Assembly: GCF_044704955.1 (NCBI RefSeq)
Contig: NC_091987.1
Location: 68,138,001-68,202,000, forward strand
DNA from: Pristiophorus japonicus
Lineage: Eukaryota
DNA length: 64,000 nt
Direction of reading: 5' to 3'
The notes beneath the pieces are model-generated. The model was not told where the DNA came from, made no database searches, and saw nothing but the letters and a program-made list of their open reading frames with translations. Made by a program: the position numbers and the translations under genes. Each line of letters starts with the position of its first letter. Within the stretch, counting starts at the first letter, position 1. Of the stretch, positions 50,189 to 63,179 are shown one piece after another.

Positions 50189-50608
50189 TGATCCCAGATG
50201 GACTATCTGTGTTACCTGGAAAATCCAGAAGTGTGAAGTCTGCAAATTACACCGAAGGGAAGCCACTGGAACTTCAGTGTGTCGCAACAACAACCTCGTC
50301 TGTTTCCACCCATCTCTCTGTCACGTGGAAGTTAAAAAAAAATAGCACTGTGGAGGATATTCTGTCATTCACTGAAGATAACCGATTTCAGCCCGGTGGT
50401 TCATATAAAAATAGGTACCAGAGTGGTGATATTAGAATGGGTATGGAAAAAAATGGCATCTTCAAATTGATCATTGCCCACTTGCGACCGGAGGATGATG
50501 GTGTTTACTCGTGTGTGGCAGCAGAATGGGTCAAAGAAGATGGCTCCAACTGGAAAAAAATCCAAGAAAAAAATACAGACATTGCAACGATTAAAGTACA
50601 GCAGTTAG
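50189..50608 (+). CDS. PTGFRN: PTGFRN exon 3, Ig V domain 2 (EWI-motif domain, here EWV)
   Basis: Acceptor aaacag; VIPDGL...LELQC...HLSVTW...DDGVYSCVAAEWV; donor G|GTATGT; 420 nt. Confidence 0.93.
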
Positions 50609-51654
50609 GTATGTTCCAGTCGCAGCAAATCATCCTATAATTCAGAATAAGTTTCATCTTCTTGCAAATATTGCTGAATAACTATTCCCCACTTTCCTGG
50701 GTAGACCGGTGGTTTGGATGGTGTGCTAGCATAGGCGGTCAAATGTAATATTTAATCTCTGCAAGCTGTTCCAACAATGAATATTTTGTGGAATGCAAAA
50801 TGTAAAGTTGTATTTTTATTATTTTTTTGTTTTCTTCATTCTCACTTTATTCACCCTCCTCTTTAACTAAGCAGCATCTCAAGTGGATCAGGCCAAAATA
50901 AAAATGATTGGAATACTGGATTGTATGACGAGAGGTGTAGAATATAAAAGTCGAGATGTAATGAATCTATATATCTATATTAAAATCTTAGTACGGTTAT
51001 AGTTTTGGGCTTCACACCATAAGGAGAATGTTGAGGAAATAGAGGATCTAAAGATGGTTAACTTGGATGCTGCCAGGTATGAGGAATAGAAATACGAAGG
51101 CCTTGGACTCAATTTTCCCCAAAGCATTTTTTTGGCATACTTGAAGAGTTATGCTCTCTTTGGGGGGGGGCGGCCTAAGTACACCCAAAAAAATTATTCT
51201 AAGTTTCCCTGTTGGATTTCTTCATTTTGGCGTAGCTTAAAGCGACCTTTAGTTTTGGGGGTGGAGCCTTGATCTGCGCCAAAAAGATCAGGCTGCCATG
51301 GTAACCAGGGACACAATGCGAGCTGAGGCTGCAAAGTGAGGCATACAGCCAGCTCCCAACAGGTTAAAAGAATTGAAAAACACATCACAGCAGCAACTTA
51401 CCTCCAACCCCACCCGAAAGGTTTGCCGGTCTGGTCTCTGTCTGGCTCTGTCGCGCGCTCTCTCATCTGTCTGTCTCTCTCTCTCGGACCGAGAATGAAG
51501 TTTTTTCAGCAGAGGCCACATACGCTGACCTAAGCACAACTGGAGTAACTCTCAGCTGGCCAAAGTTCCATAATTGGCACAGGTGACTGGTTACTCCTCC
51601 TTTGGCTGAAAAAAAAACTGACCTAAAAAAAATCGTAACTAGCTGAGTTACACA

Positions 51655-52273
51655 GGGCCCAAGTTTCGGGTGGAGTTGCTCTAGCAACTAGTTTAGTTTG
51701 GAGTATCTTAGAAATTGCAATTCTTGGCACTTAGTTTGCTCCAGTTCTAGTGAGTGAGTTTAGATTCGTTTTAGTTCAGGTATTATTTTTCAAAAGGGGG
51801 TGTGTTCAACCACTTAGGCCTGTTTTGCAAGTTTCGGCAACGAAAACTTACTCCAAATTAACTTAGAATGGAGTAAGTGTCCACTTTTGTAAGTTCTGAA
51901 AAACCTTACCTAGAGTTAAGTTTAGTGCACAGCCAGAGACCGGGGGAGGGAGGGGGGGAAGCATTAAACACAAAGGACACATTAACATCACAACGGGGGA
52001 GGGAAGTTAGAGGATTTTCCAAAGCACTAAACACCTTCACAACATTACAAAAGCAAAGTACATTTAAAGCACTAAACAAAGCAGTACATTTAAAGCACCA
52101 AGCACTAAACGAAGCACAAAAAGTAATAAGCAATTAATTAATAAAAAATAGAAGGAACACTGCATCTAAAGCACCAAGACCAAAGTAATAAGTAACCAAT
52201 CAATACAAAATAGAAGTCCTACCTTTGTGTGAAGGGAAGGTGTTTCTGTCAGCCTCTCTCCGTGTCTCTGTCA

Positions 52274-52309
<36 letters not shown>

Positions 52310-54156
52310 ACCCAAGTTTCGGGTGGAGTTGCTCCTAGTTTTTTGGAGCAACTAGTTTAGTTTGGAGTATGTTAGAAATTGCAATTCTTGGGTATTATTT
52401 TGCTCCAGTTCTAGTGAGTTAGTTTAGGTTGGCTTTAGGTAAGGTACTTTTTTTTTTCAAAAGTGGGTGTGTCCAGCCACTCAGGCCTGTTTTGCAAGTT
52501 TCGGCAGTAAAAACTAACTACAAACTAACTTAGGATGGAGTAAGTGTCCACTTTTGTAAGTTCTGAAAAACCTTACCTAGAGTTAAGTTTAGTGCAGGCA
52601 CAGCCAGAGACAGGGGGTGGGAAGCATTAAACACAAAGGACACATCAACATCACAACAGCGGGGGGTAAGGGAAGTTAGAGGATTTTCCATAAATACCTT
52701 CACAACAACATTAAAGAAGCAAAGAACATTTAAAGCGCTAAGCACTAAACAAAGCACAAAAAGTAATAAGCAATTAATTAATAAAAAATAGAAGGAACCC
52801 TGCACCTAAAGCACCAAGACCAAAGTAATAAGTAATCAATCAATAAAAAATAGAAGTCCTACCTTTTGTGAAGGGAAGGTGTCTCTGTCAGTCTCTCTCT
52901 CTCTCTCTCTCATCTGACAGTGAGGGATGCGGGGGTGGGGAGGCGGTGTGGGTGTGGTGTGTGTCTGTATGTGTGGGAGTGGGGGGGGGGGGGGGTGTGT
53001 GGGGTGGGGGAGAGGCTGGAAGGAGGCACCGCTGCTCTCTCCTCCGGCCCTTCGATCATTGAGTGCCCACCCGCCCCCCCACCCCCGGTTGCCATGCTCC
53101 GCTCCCCCCTCTTTCCCCAGTTGCCACGCGCCCCCTCCCCCAGTACCCACGCTTCCCCCCCCTCCGGTACCCACGTCCCCCCTCCTCCCGGTACCCACGC
53201 TCCCCCCCCCCCCCCCCCCCAGTATTGCGCAGGCGCACATGCTCCAACGCTCTTGCGCAACGCTGCCGTCACTGAGAAGGCGGCATGATCCCTAGCCCCG
53301 CCCCCCTGCAGGCAGGCTCCTCCCCAGGAGGACCAGAGAATTGCTGCAGAATATTCCGGCGCACCTTCGAGCCCAGGCAGGTCACGTAAGTCTCGGAGGT
53401 GCGCCGTTTTCACCAGATGCCGAAACTTGGGCCCTCTGCCTCTCTGTTTCTGACAGTGAGGGGTGGGAGGGGAGAAGGAGGGAGGGGGAGGAGCTGAAGT
53501 GGTGGGAGGGGCTGAACAGGAGGCGGGGGGGGGGGAGGCTGGACGGAGGTTGAACAAATGATTACTGTAATATGCAGTAACCGTGGACCCTCGCTCCTCC
53601 GGCCCCCCAATTGGTATAGGCACCCCTGCTCTCTCCTCCGATCATTTCGAGTGCCCCCAAACCCACGCTCCTCCATCCCTTCCCATGCTTTTCTCCCCCC
53701 ACAGATCACCTCCCCGGTCCCCACACCATTCAAAGACAAACTGGGGAAAAACAATACTGCAAAACTGATTACTCGAACTCAATACGACACTCTATGCACA
53801 GAAACCAGTGAAAATACATTCACCAGTGAAAAGATACTTTCACAAAAGGAATAGCCATCATTTTCAAAAGAAAAACACTCCCATGGAAAAACGCCCTGCT
53901 GAGCTATTGCGCATGCGTGCACGCTGTAACGCATATGCGCAAGGGTGCTGACTGTGAAAAACATGCAGGGCCTTAGCCCCGCCCCCCTGCAGGCTGGGAT
54001 CGACTTGCTCAGCCCCAGGGAGACTCCACTGCGCCATGCCACGCTCCAGGACGACCAGAGAATTCCTCGGTAGGATTTCGGCACGCTTTTTATCCCAGAC
54101 AGGTCACGTAAATCTCGGAGGTGCGCCGTTTTCTCCAGCATCGGAAACTTGGGCCC
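51655..54156. mobile_element. Harbinger-type MITE (GGGCCCAAGTTTC family), nested
   Basis: TIRs GGGCCCAAGTTTC / GAAACTTGGGCCC; flanks ACA/ACT. Confidence 0.85.
52308..53434. mobile_element. Second copy of the same MITE family, nested in the (CT)n of the first
   Basis: TGACCCAAGTTTCGG...CCGAAACTTGGGCCC; TSD TCT; 52308-52890 closely repeats 51655-52250. Confidence 0.85.
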
Positions 54157-54841
54157 ACTAAGTGCAAATTGATTGGGGAAACTGTGGTTTTTCAACTTAG
54201 GCCAAAAAGAGCAGCCTGCTCCAAAATAACAGCGCAAATCACTGGGGAAAATTGAGCCCACAGAGATGATTTGATAGAAGTGTTTAAAATTATGAAGATA
54301 TAGGACAGAATAGATAGAAACAGACTGTTTCCAATGATTTGAGGGATCTAGAATGGGGGGATATAAGATACAAGATTAAACGTAAAAGAATTAGGTCAGT
54401 GATCAGGAAAATGTGTTTCACAGAGGGTTGGGAGGCTGTGGAAGGTACTACTGGAGTTGGAGATTGAAGCAGAGACTGTGGCCGGGAAATTCCTCTGAGC
54501 TGCTCCAAGGTCATTCCTGACCAATGTCAAAGTTTAAAATAGCTTTGATAGGTGGTTGAAGGAGAGATGGATATAGGAACAGGGTGGCCACATGGAATTA
54601 CTGCTGATGTGGAGGATAAGTAATGTAAATATAATTCTATGGATGCTAACTCCTTTCTAACTTAAATATATCATGTTTCTTTGGGACTGAGCTTAATAAT
54701 ATGATAAAGTGGCACCTCATGCATGAACTCATCCATCTGCTGCAACATTCTTGGGACAGAATGGGCAAGTTCAGATAACTGGTGAGGTTTGGAATATTCT
54801 TGGGAGAAAGCTTATTAAAGAATATAATTTCTATATTACAG

Positions 54842-55228
54842 CCCAGACCCTAAAGGCCTCTACAATCGGAGGGAACCTCACTTTGAACAAAGGTGACGAG
54901 ATTAATCTCCTCTGCAGTGTAACGGGAGTTGAAGGCATGGTCACGGTTGAAGTCAGCTGGTATTTCAGAACATCTCCAGCAATTGATACTCCGAACGAGA
55001 AAGCTTTAGTGCACTTGAACCTTGCAGGAGTCGTGAACAATTCAGATTTTGTCACGTTGAGCAGGGTTAGTGGCAGCGACTACAGGCTGAGAGTGCAACA
55101 AATTGATGAAACCGACAGTGGATATTACTACTGCGTAGCCTCAGTCTGGATTCAGTATACCAGTGAGATGTGGCACAAAGCAGCAGAGGGAAGGTCCAAT
55201 CCTGTCGGTGTCACTGTTGGTCTTCTAG
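54842..55228 (+). CDS. PTGFRN: PTGFRN exon 4, Ig V domain 3
   Basis: Acceptor ttacag; LLCSV...VSWYF...DSGYYYCVASVW; donor G|GTAATT; 387 nt. Confidence 0.92.
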
Positions 55229-55754
55229 GTAATTTCATTCTTCAATGTTTTACAAGTGCTCGAGTAATGGTTGATTATACCCAATGGTTCATGTGAAGTT
55301 AGAGGATACTTGCTTGGAATGTCTTGTGTTCCATTACATTTGTTAATGACACCTTGACATGTGTTACATTGTACAATATTAAAATGGAATTGATTCTATT
55401 TAAGCTATTTATATAAAGCTAACTTAAATTAGCTGCCTTTGCAAAGAATGGTGGTTGCAAGCAGGTTTGCTCTACTACACAGTGTAATTTAACTTGAAGC
55501 TGTTGCAGAGAAAAGGGCATTCCAACAGTATCCTGAACTCATGAAGGAAGTCACCCATTGAATAATAGGCATCCTACATACTAAGGGACCCAAGGCTGTA
55601 GCTGGTCAGATACCATGTAAATGTTGCTGTCACAGATTCCAGCTGCACAGTTAGTGGACAGTCGTCAGCTGACCTACATTGTGGTGGCTTTTGGAATTGT
55701 TTGATACAGCTATCAGACTGAACTGTGTGTGGAAACAGGCAGTGAATTATCAGC

Positions 55755-56015
55755 AACACCTTGCATTTATATAGTACCATTGACTTGAAAAAACATCCCG
55801 AAATGCTTACTAGGCATAAGAATGATGCGCCAAAGAAGAGACGGGGAATGTATGAGGGTTTCAGTGACCGATGGGCTGAGATGGGGCAGAGACGTTACAG
55901 CAGTGGAGGTTGGCGGTGTTTGTGATGGAGGGGAAAGGGGTCAGAAGCTCATCTTGGGGTCGAACAGGAGACCGAGGTTCTAAACCGACTGGTGCATCCG
56001 GAGACAACGGCCAGG
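55755..56015 (-). mobile_element. L2 fragments
   Basis: ttgcatttatatagtac tail and gggtcagaagctcatcttggggtcgaac, similar to the other L2 copies. Confidence 0.6.
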
Positions 56016-57376
56016 GATCTCTGGCAGCCATATGTTCTGCTATGCACCCTTTGCTTCTCCACCTCTGACTTTGTGCTTTTTCCCCTCGCTCTCGTCAATA
56101 TAGGTGGTGATCCATTAATCACTGTTACACCTACCCTGTGAAACTCTACCTAAAACACCTCACTTGGCTACTTTAATTGCTGTGTTCACAAGCCTCTTTT
56201 AAAAACTTAACTCTTCAACTGTAGTTTGTTCCTTTACCCCACCACCCTTAATGTCTCCCATCTACATTCACTACCTCTTTCTCCTCATTAACTGCATTGA
56301 GATTTTTCCTTGGGCACCGTAGAAAAGCAAGTTTTTCGTGTATCAGTTTTGTTTGAAAATGATCAGATTCTATTAACAGATCATGCGAATTCAGTTTGAA
56401 TGAAAGGTACAATAAGGATTGGGAGATCTTGAGAGACTTTCTCTTGGGCTGTCAAAGTACAAGACACAAGGACGAGAAAGTCTTGAGGGCAACCCAATCT
56501 GGAGGAATATTTTATATTAAATATACCTGCTTCCAGGATACTTTACCATATATTTTGTGTACAGTAGAAGACAAGTTACAAATTAGTACTAATTAGCAGT
56601 ATTTTGCCAACTGATTATGTCTCCCTGTGCCCTATTGCTGCCACATTTGTAGAATGCCTTTCCTTAACTGGACCATTTAATTAATTTCACATTCTCCCCT
56701 CCCCCCCGCCTTTTCCCTTGTAATGGTCATATTGTGCCCTGTGGAATTGATCCCCCCCAAAAAATTACCCTTCGAGTAAACGCACATCCTATATTTTAAT
56801 GGATTTCAGCCAGTTAAAAGCAGCATATTATCATCTGCAAACACGAAAACTGACAATTTTTCCCCAGTTAATAGCTGCTACAAAGTGAACAGGAAATGTA
56901 AATGGTGAATTGTTTTCATTGTGTAGGTAGATGTGCTAAAAATGAATTGCAGTAGTCCAGAAATGTGTAATATAACAGTGATGAGTTACTGATGGATGTT
57001 TTTCTTCACACAAGTTGTAATCATGAGTCTTACACAACTTTTTAACGAACCAACCTTTTGATATTTGATGCTTAATATTCCACATATAGTAGAACACAAA
57101 TGCATGTTAACTGTTAGTGCCGAAAACAGTCCTCCAGCATAAAGCTTTAGAATCTGGGAGAGAATTTACAATATTGTTCTGAAATTTCACAAGGGTTCTG
57201 CTAATCAGCAAGGCTCCAGAGAAATGGCATTGCTGGCTGAAAAACATTCTTTCTGGGGGTTCCACTAGTCTCCCACTAAAAGTACAGGAACGAGGGAAAC
57301 CACAGCAGAATTTCTAGACCTTTAAGTTCCGTATTGGTGCAAACCACTTGTGGCTTTGCACTAGCGTTAAACTTTC

Positions 57377-58016
57377 AAGCCCCAAATTAAATCCTTCATG
57401 CCCAACGAGAATCGAGCGTGCAGGTGGCTCAAATGTGTGCAGAGACTTATTAACCTGATCCTCGATGAACTAGAGCTGCACGTCATTTTAACAAACTCAT
57501 TCTTGGCCAGCCAGCGAGGCCCTCGCACCTGGCGGGTGTGAGCCACGTTGAAATTCAAAAATTGGACTCTGATGATGTCATTGGGATTTAGATCCCAACT
57601 GTACTTGGGAGCAGTGTTCTGTGCCCGGTGCCAGCCTTACCAGGAGCACTGGACGCGAAGTAGCAGCAAGCCCAGAAGGTGCAGCCAATGTGGCAAGTGC
57701 ATTTATTTATTTATTTTTAATTGGTTTAGTTATGCACCAGGAGGAAATCGAGTGCTCCTCTGGGTCTCCAAAGGAAACCTATTTCCCTGTGCTTCCATCC
57801 CTGACCACAATCAAATGCCCGCCCCCTCCTCCTGCACTTATCTGACTGCTGGGGAAGGTTCCCACAGGTCCCCAGTCGAGGCTTACTGCTGCGCTCGTCT
57901 GGCTCCCACCTGGTGGTAGTAATGCTGGGTTTGGGCAGCGGTTGGGACTGGTATATTTAAATGAGTCCTAGGAATTAAAATGGCTTGAACCTCACCCCTA
58001 GTTAAAATCGGGGCTT
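57377..58016. mobile_element. Degenerate Harbinger-type MITE
   Basis: Ends AAGCCCCAAATTAAA and TTAAAATCGGGGCTT. Confidence 0.42.
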
Positions 58017-58743
58017 TATGTTGTAAATCAGGTATCCAGATCTAAACGGACTTCAAAGTAAAGAACTCTCCTCCACTTTACTGCGGTCCCTGATCAGGTA
58101 TTGATTCCATTTCATGCTACATTCGCACTAACTGCAGCATCCATGCAACTGAATGGACTGTAGCATATACCGGCGGGTGGTGTGGGGGGGGGAGTTTATT
58201 CTTGGGTTGGAAGTGGTTTGTTGGCATAATTCTGTATGTTGCCCTATTTTTCTCTCTGTTGCTTTGGAATAGCCAAGAGGAACTGTTCCAAGCAAGGGAA
58301 TTGGATAAATACTTGAAAGAGAAAAAATTGCAGGGATATGAAGAAAGATGTGGGACTAATTGGATTGCACTTTGAAAGAGCTGGCACAGACTTGATGGGC
58401 CGAATGGCAGCCTCCAGTGCTGTACTATTCTATGATAACTTGCCATGCTTCTGCACCCTGATTGAACTCTTTGAAACTCTTGATGGCTTAGTTAGAGTTT
58501 TCTTGTGTAAGTGTCACTATATGTATCCGCAAACAAGCCAGGAGACCCATACCATAATATAAAAATACTATTCTCTTGTAACAAATCTCACGCACTTAAC
58601 CTGTTAATGAAAATGCTACTGAAACTATTTATTTTTATAAATAGTTACCTATAGGATCACTTGCAAGTAAATTGATACATATCAGTTTGTGTTCATTTTG
58701 AGATCTGTGTTGGAGATAATCTTTGTTCTAATCACATCCACAG

Positions 58744-59166
58744 ATCCTACATACACTGTTCAGCTAAACTCCATGAAGGCACCTAGTTCCTCGGGGGAGT
58801 CGGCAGAGCTTGAGTGCCGTGTGTTGGATTTACAAAATGCAGATGATGCGAAGTTGACTGTGACCTGGTATTTCAACCCAAAGGGGCAGGATGGAGTTGC
58901 CAAAGTGAGTGTCCCTATAGCAACGATGGATCAGGATTGGACACTAAAATTGGACAATAAGTATAAAGGGCGAGCAGAAAAGGGGGAGATTATTTTTCTG
59001 AAGCCTGAGCTACATGCTTTCAAGTTTCAGATGCAGCATGCTCTTGTCTCTGATCGAGGAGAATATTTTTGCAATATTTCTGCCTGGTTTAAACAACGAG
59101 GTGATGCATGGTTGAAAAAAGAAGAAATCTCTTCACTCGCCATTGATATATTCTGGAAAACGGAAG
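58744..59166 (+). CDS. PTGFRN: PTGFRN exon 5, Ig V domain 4
   Basis: Acceptor ccacag; ELECRV...LTVTWYF...DRGEYFCNISAW; donor G|GTAAAA; 423 nt. Confidence 0.92.
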
Positions 59167-59679
59167 GTAAAATGTTCCTACAGTTTCTGCAAAGTCTCTT
59201 GTTGATTTTTAAATCCGATGTTTTGCTGTTGTTTAAAAACTTTTTTCTTTAAAGATGTAGGAGAAAATTGAAATTGTTGGGCAACGCTTGTAAATTCTGT
59301 TGCAGACAAGGTGGTACAGTTTGAGGATGCTTTGTCTTGTGTGAAGATTATTTTCATGACATTATTGAAATGGGTTAACATAGGCTAGATTTATTTGAAT
59401 CCCCTCCTTTTCCATTCCGCCAATTCCTAGGAAGGTGCCTGGCCTCTCGTCATTCTCCATGATAGCATGGCTTAGATCGGGAGGAACAAAATGTGGGGTA
59501 TTGTGGGCACTAATTCACATCCTACCTTTTCATTGTACACTATGCCCTTCTCTCTGAATAATTAATGACTAAGGTTAGTGTGTAATATGCATCATGTATT
59601 TAGATTGTAGCAGCTGCAGGTTTAGGATTACGACAAACCTGTCTTTCGTTGCATTTAATGGTGTCCCTTCATTTCTTAG

Positions 59680-60093
59680 ACCCAAGCCTAAGTATTACAG
59701 CGACAGAGGAGAAACCAGTATCTACGAGAGGCAACACTTTTGAGATGACCTGTAGTGTTTCTGCAGAGCATATTGAAGTTCCTCATTACTCCGTGGTAAT
59801 AGCAATGAACGAACCAGCCTTCACTGATACAAAGGACAGCAAAAAACTTATTTCGTTGACTCGAGACTCAGTGGTTAAACTGGAGAGGTGGGACGTTAAG
59901 GACCGATCGGAGGATGTTGTTCTGGAGAAAGTCGGTGGCAAGGAATTCCGTTTCCGGCTGTACAGGACCCAATTTTCCGATGAAGGATCCTATTACTGTA
60001 TTGTCCAGGCATGGGTTCCAGATACAAATGGGGGGTGGTCTGAAGCAATTGCAAACTCATCCAACTCTGTAGCTGTCGCCTTTAAAACAGCAG
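59680..60093 (+). CDS. PTGFRN: PTGFRN exon 6, Ig V domain 5
   Basis: Acceptor ttcttag; GNTFEMTCSV...FRFRLYRTQFSDEGSYYCIVQAW; donor G|GTGGGT; 414 nt. Confidence 0.92.
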
Positions 60094-60734
60094 GTGGGTC
60101 CTGAATGTAATCAATCGATTGACAGCCATCAACTGATGAAATGATGGTGTACACATCTTAATCATTCAGATGTGGTTCTACAAAAGACTTCTGACCTTGT
60201 AATAAAATTCAATTGTTAATGTGGATGGTTTGATTGTAGTTTAGAATCTGGAAACCTTATAATCTTGGGTACAGTAGTATGGGTAGGTTATAAAAGGAGG
60301 GAGGAAAATAATAAAGATTGACCTGGGCAACTTGCATCTCCATGTAGCGGGCTCAATTGGTAAACTGGCAGTGGCTTCGGAGCAGCTTACCTGACCTTCT
60401 CTCGACTAGGAAGTCATGGGCAATGTCGAAGACCTACAGAGCAAGCGATAAACATATGAAAATAGTTTTTTAATCAAAACTCATCATACTGAATTAATTT
60501 AAAAGAAATGAGATTTTGCAAATATGAAGCAATGAAGTCTATGTGTATATAATAACTAAGGGAACATTTGTCCCTAACTCATTAGCTACTTAATCTTTTT
60601 GCAGTAGTGTCCCAGCTATCTAACGTGCATATCATGGCACCCTTTGGAGCCAAATAAAGTTTAAACACATGTTCCCATTAGTTTGCATACATTTCAAGTT
60701 GCTGCAATAACCAATATCAATGTTCCAAATTAGT

Positions 60735-60990
60735 ACACGTGCCTGTTGGTGGATGTAAAAGATCCCATGGCTTTCTTCAAAACAAGAGCATGGGATTTCG
60801 GCTGGTGCCCTGGCCAACATATATCCCTCAGCCAACACTACTAAAATAGATTATTTGGTTATTTATCTCATTGCTGTTTGTGGGAGGGTGTAGACAAATT
60901 GCCTGCTGAGTTTCCCTATGTTACAACAGTGATGTGAACCTCAAACGTATTTCATAGACTGAAGTCATGAAGACACTATATAAATTGAAG
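60735..60990 (+). mobile_element. Deu-domain SINE fragment
   Basis: gtggatgtaaaagatcccatggc...ccctggccaacatatatccctca...attgctgtttgtggga. Confidence 0.7.
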
Positions 60991-61111
60991 TTTCTCCTTT
61001 CCAGCCTCAAAAATTCAACCAACAAAATCAAAAAATAAGCTCAAATAGAACTGAGTTGCATAGACCATTTTGCATATGGCCCAAGGGCTGTAAAGACATC
61101 AATTTTTTACA

Positions 61112-61133
61112 GTGTGTGTGTGTGTGTGTGTGT
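61112..61133. repeat. (GT)n microsatellite
   Basis: Direct read. Confidence 0.95.
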
Positions 61134-62833
61134 ATATGTAGAATTTGAATTTTTATTTGTCATGTGGAAATTGTCGTGTAAATTATCTAATTGCAGCCCC
61201 AATTTATCCAAATTCCACCGGGGTCCCAGTATTGCCACGTGGAAAATCTTTACCTCTATGTTTTGTTCTTTTTGAAGAGTTGGAGAATTCCATATATTAT
61301 GGAAAACACCCTATTGTGGATTATCCATTGGCCCCTGCCAGGATTAAGGAGCTCAGTGTGGCTTTGGGGGTGTGGTTTTGACCTTTGGTGGGTTGAGAAA
61401 GATAGTAATGATGCATTGTTGGAGATTTGATCTGAACTAGCTTGCTATGGATCTTCCACTCTAATATGCAGATACCAGTTTACTTTTTGCTGTTAAAACT
61501 TTAAGTAAATTTCATCTAAACTTTTGGTATGACCAGTATGTATTGATTAATTCTGGAGCTTAATTGTGGTTTTTATGGGGTTTTTTTCCACTATTGGACC
61601 AGTCATCTTTTTCCCCCCACACTTTTTTTTTGTTTTTCATTATTCTCGCATTCCACCCCACATTCAGCTGTGTAAAATAACTGTGTTTCTTTTGATATGC
61701 GTCAAATGTGACTCCTGATAAAAATTTGGTTCCAAAATAAACTTTAAAAGAGAAAATTCTCAAACATTTTTAAAAACAAAAATGGGGAACTCTTGTATAT
61801 AATCAAAAGTCCGAATGATGCTTCAGTATGAATATAACCTGTGAACCAAACCGTAGTATTTTAATCTGGGATGGGCGGGAGGTTCAGTTGCCAATGATTG
61901 GTTTTTCAAGTGTTTTGATTTCGTGAAGCACAATGCAGTTGACCTTTAACCTGTTGATTGTACACACATTTTACTTGCATTTATGAGTGCCCTTAAGTAA
62001 ATAGTCAAAAGATATATGATTGATCTAGTTCCACTTTACCAGGATTTTCAATGTGCTGTGATGAAACCTATAATATATAAACTGGGATTTGTTTTTGAAA
62101 GTAACTCTATTCCTGCTAATTACTGAGACTTGTCCTATTCGGTGTGCTTCAGGTTCCAAAGCTACAGGAGTTTGGTTCATGTGACCATGTAGAATTGTGC
62201 TCAATTCTGACATTTCAGCTCTACATTAATATTTTTAGGTTCTCTGCTCATCAATGCACATAGTTTCAGTTTTGGCAGTCCAACTACTTTTTATAGGTGA
62301 ATATTCTGCCCAGTGAAATTCTTATTGGTATGTCATTTAATACAAATGATTAATGGATACACTATTTAATCAGGCTGCAGCCACTACTCTCAAAGATGCA
62401 CAAGTTGTGCTTTTTTTCGAGCTGCATTAGGGCTGCAATAAGTGTGGTTTACCATGGTGCTATGAAGTTCAATTTGTCACTGATTCAAATGAGGTTGCTC
62501 TCACTTCACCTCTGGGAGCTTTTCATTTAGCTTTTCAAATGGAGGAAATAAAAAATCTTCTGATACAGAACTAGCTATGGCTCAGTGGGTAAAGGCCCCA
62601 CCTATGACACCAAGTTGTACAGACCAGATGGTTACATGTTCAATTTCCAGTCTGTTCTGAGTTAGCCACAAGTTTGGGCTTGACTGCAAGGCCCTCCATA
62701 GTGGATTAGTTTTCTGACAATCCCCATCTAAAATTATCAATGAAGAAAAAACACTTTAATGAAGTGTTGGAGGCCAGCCAGTGCCAACAGAGAAGCAAGA
62801 GTCAGTGCCTTCAGGACAGGATGGGAGAAAAAA

Positions 62834-62933
62834 TAAAAACAGAAAATGCTGGAAATACTCAGCATGTTAGGCAGCATCTGTGGAGAGAAAAACTGAGTTA
62901 ACGTTTCAGGTCGATGACCCTTCGTCAGAACTG
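62834..62933 (-). mobile_element. Penelope-like element terminal fragment
   Basis: aaaacagaaaatgctggaaatactcagc...gcagcatctgtggagag...aacgtttcagg...ttcgtcag; I recognise this as a typical Penelope end carrying a hammerhead core. Confidence 0.68.
62896..62932 (-). ncRNA. Minimal type I hammerhead ribozyme motif
   Basis: Minus strand AGTT-CTGACGA-A-GGGTC atc GACCT-GAA-ACGT-T-AACT: both catalytic boxes, 4-bp stem I, 5-bp stem II, palindromic ACGT stem III. Confidence 0.72.
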
Positions 62934-63179
62934 AAAAAATAGCTTCTTAAAAAAAAAAAATTAGCACTTCATTTCTGTGACCTGGGTTCAGTGCTGCCCA
63001 GCCACAGGGAGTGAATGTTCCCTCTTATTTTCTGGCTATTAAGTTCATTAGTTGTATATGTGAAGCTTTTTTTATCTGCCTTATAAGTGTAGTTCCAAAT
63101 TTTAAAACTTAAATTCAATACAGAGTATAATAAAATAAGCCATCGCATGTCTATTAACTTGTCTCATCTTGCTCTCCAG

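Larger units (their letters stand above)
51105..54259. mobile_element. Harbinger-type MITE (GGGCTCAATTTTCCCC family) hosting two nested MITEs
   Basis: GGACTCAATTTTCCCC...GGGGAAAATTGAGCCC; homologous to 44249-45132. Confidence 0.85.
50885..54600 (+). mobile_element. Old CR1 (50885-51104 and 54260-54600) split by nested MITEs
   Basis: gtagaatataaaagt...agttttggg on the left; gatttgatagaagtgtttaaaattatg on the right. Confidence 0.6.

Noticed and set aside
52836-53768. Long Pro/Gly-rich ORFs on both strands
   Set aside because: They arise from G/C low-complexity MITE interiors.
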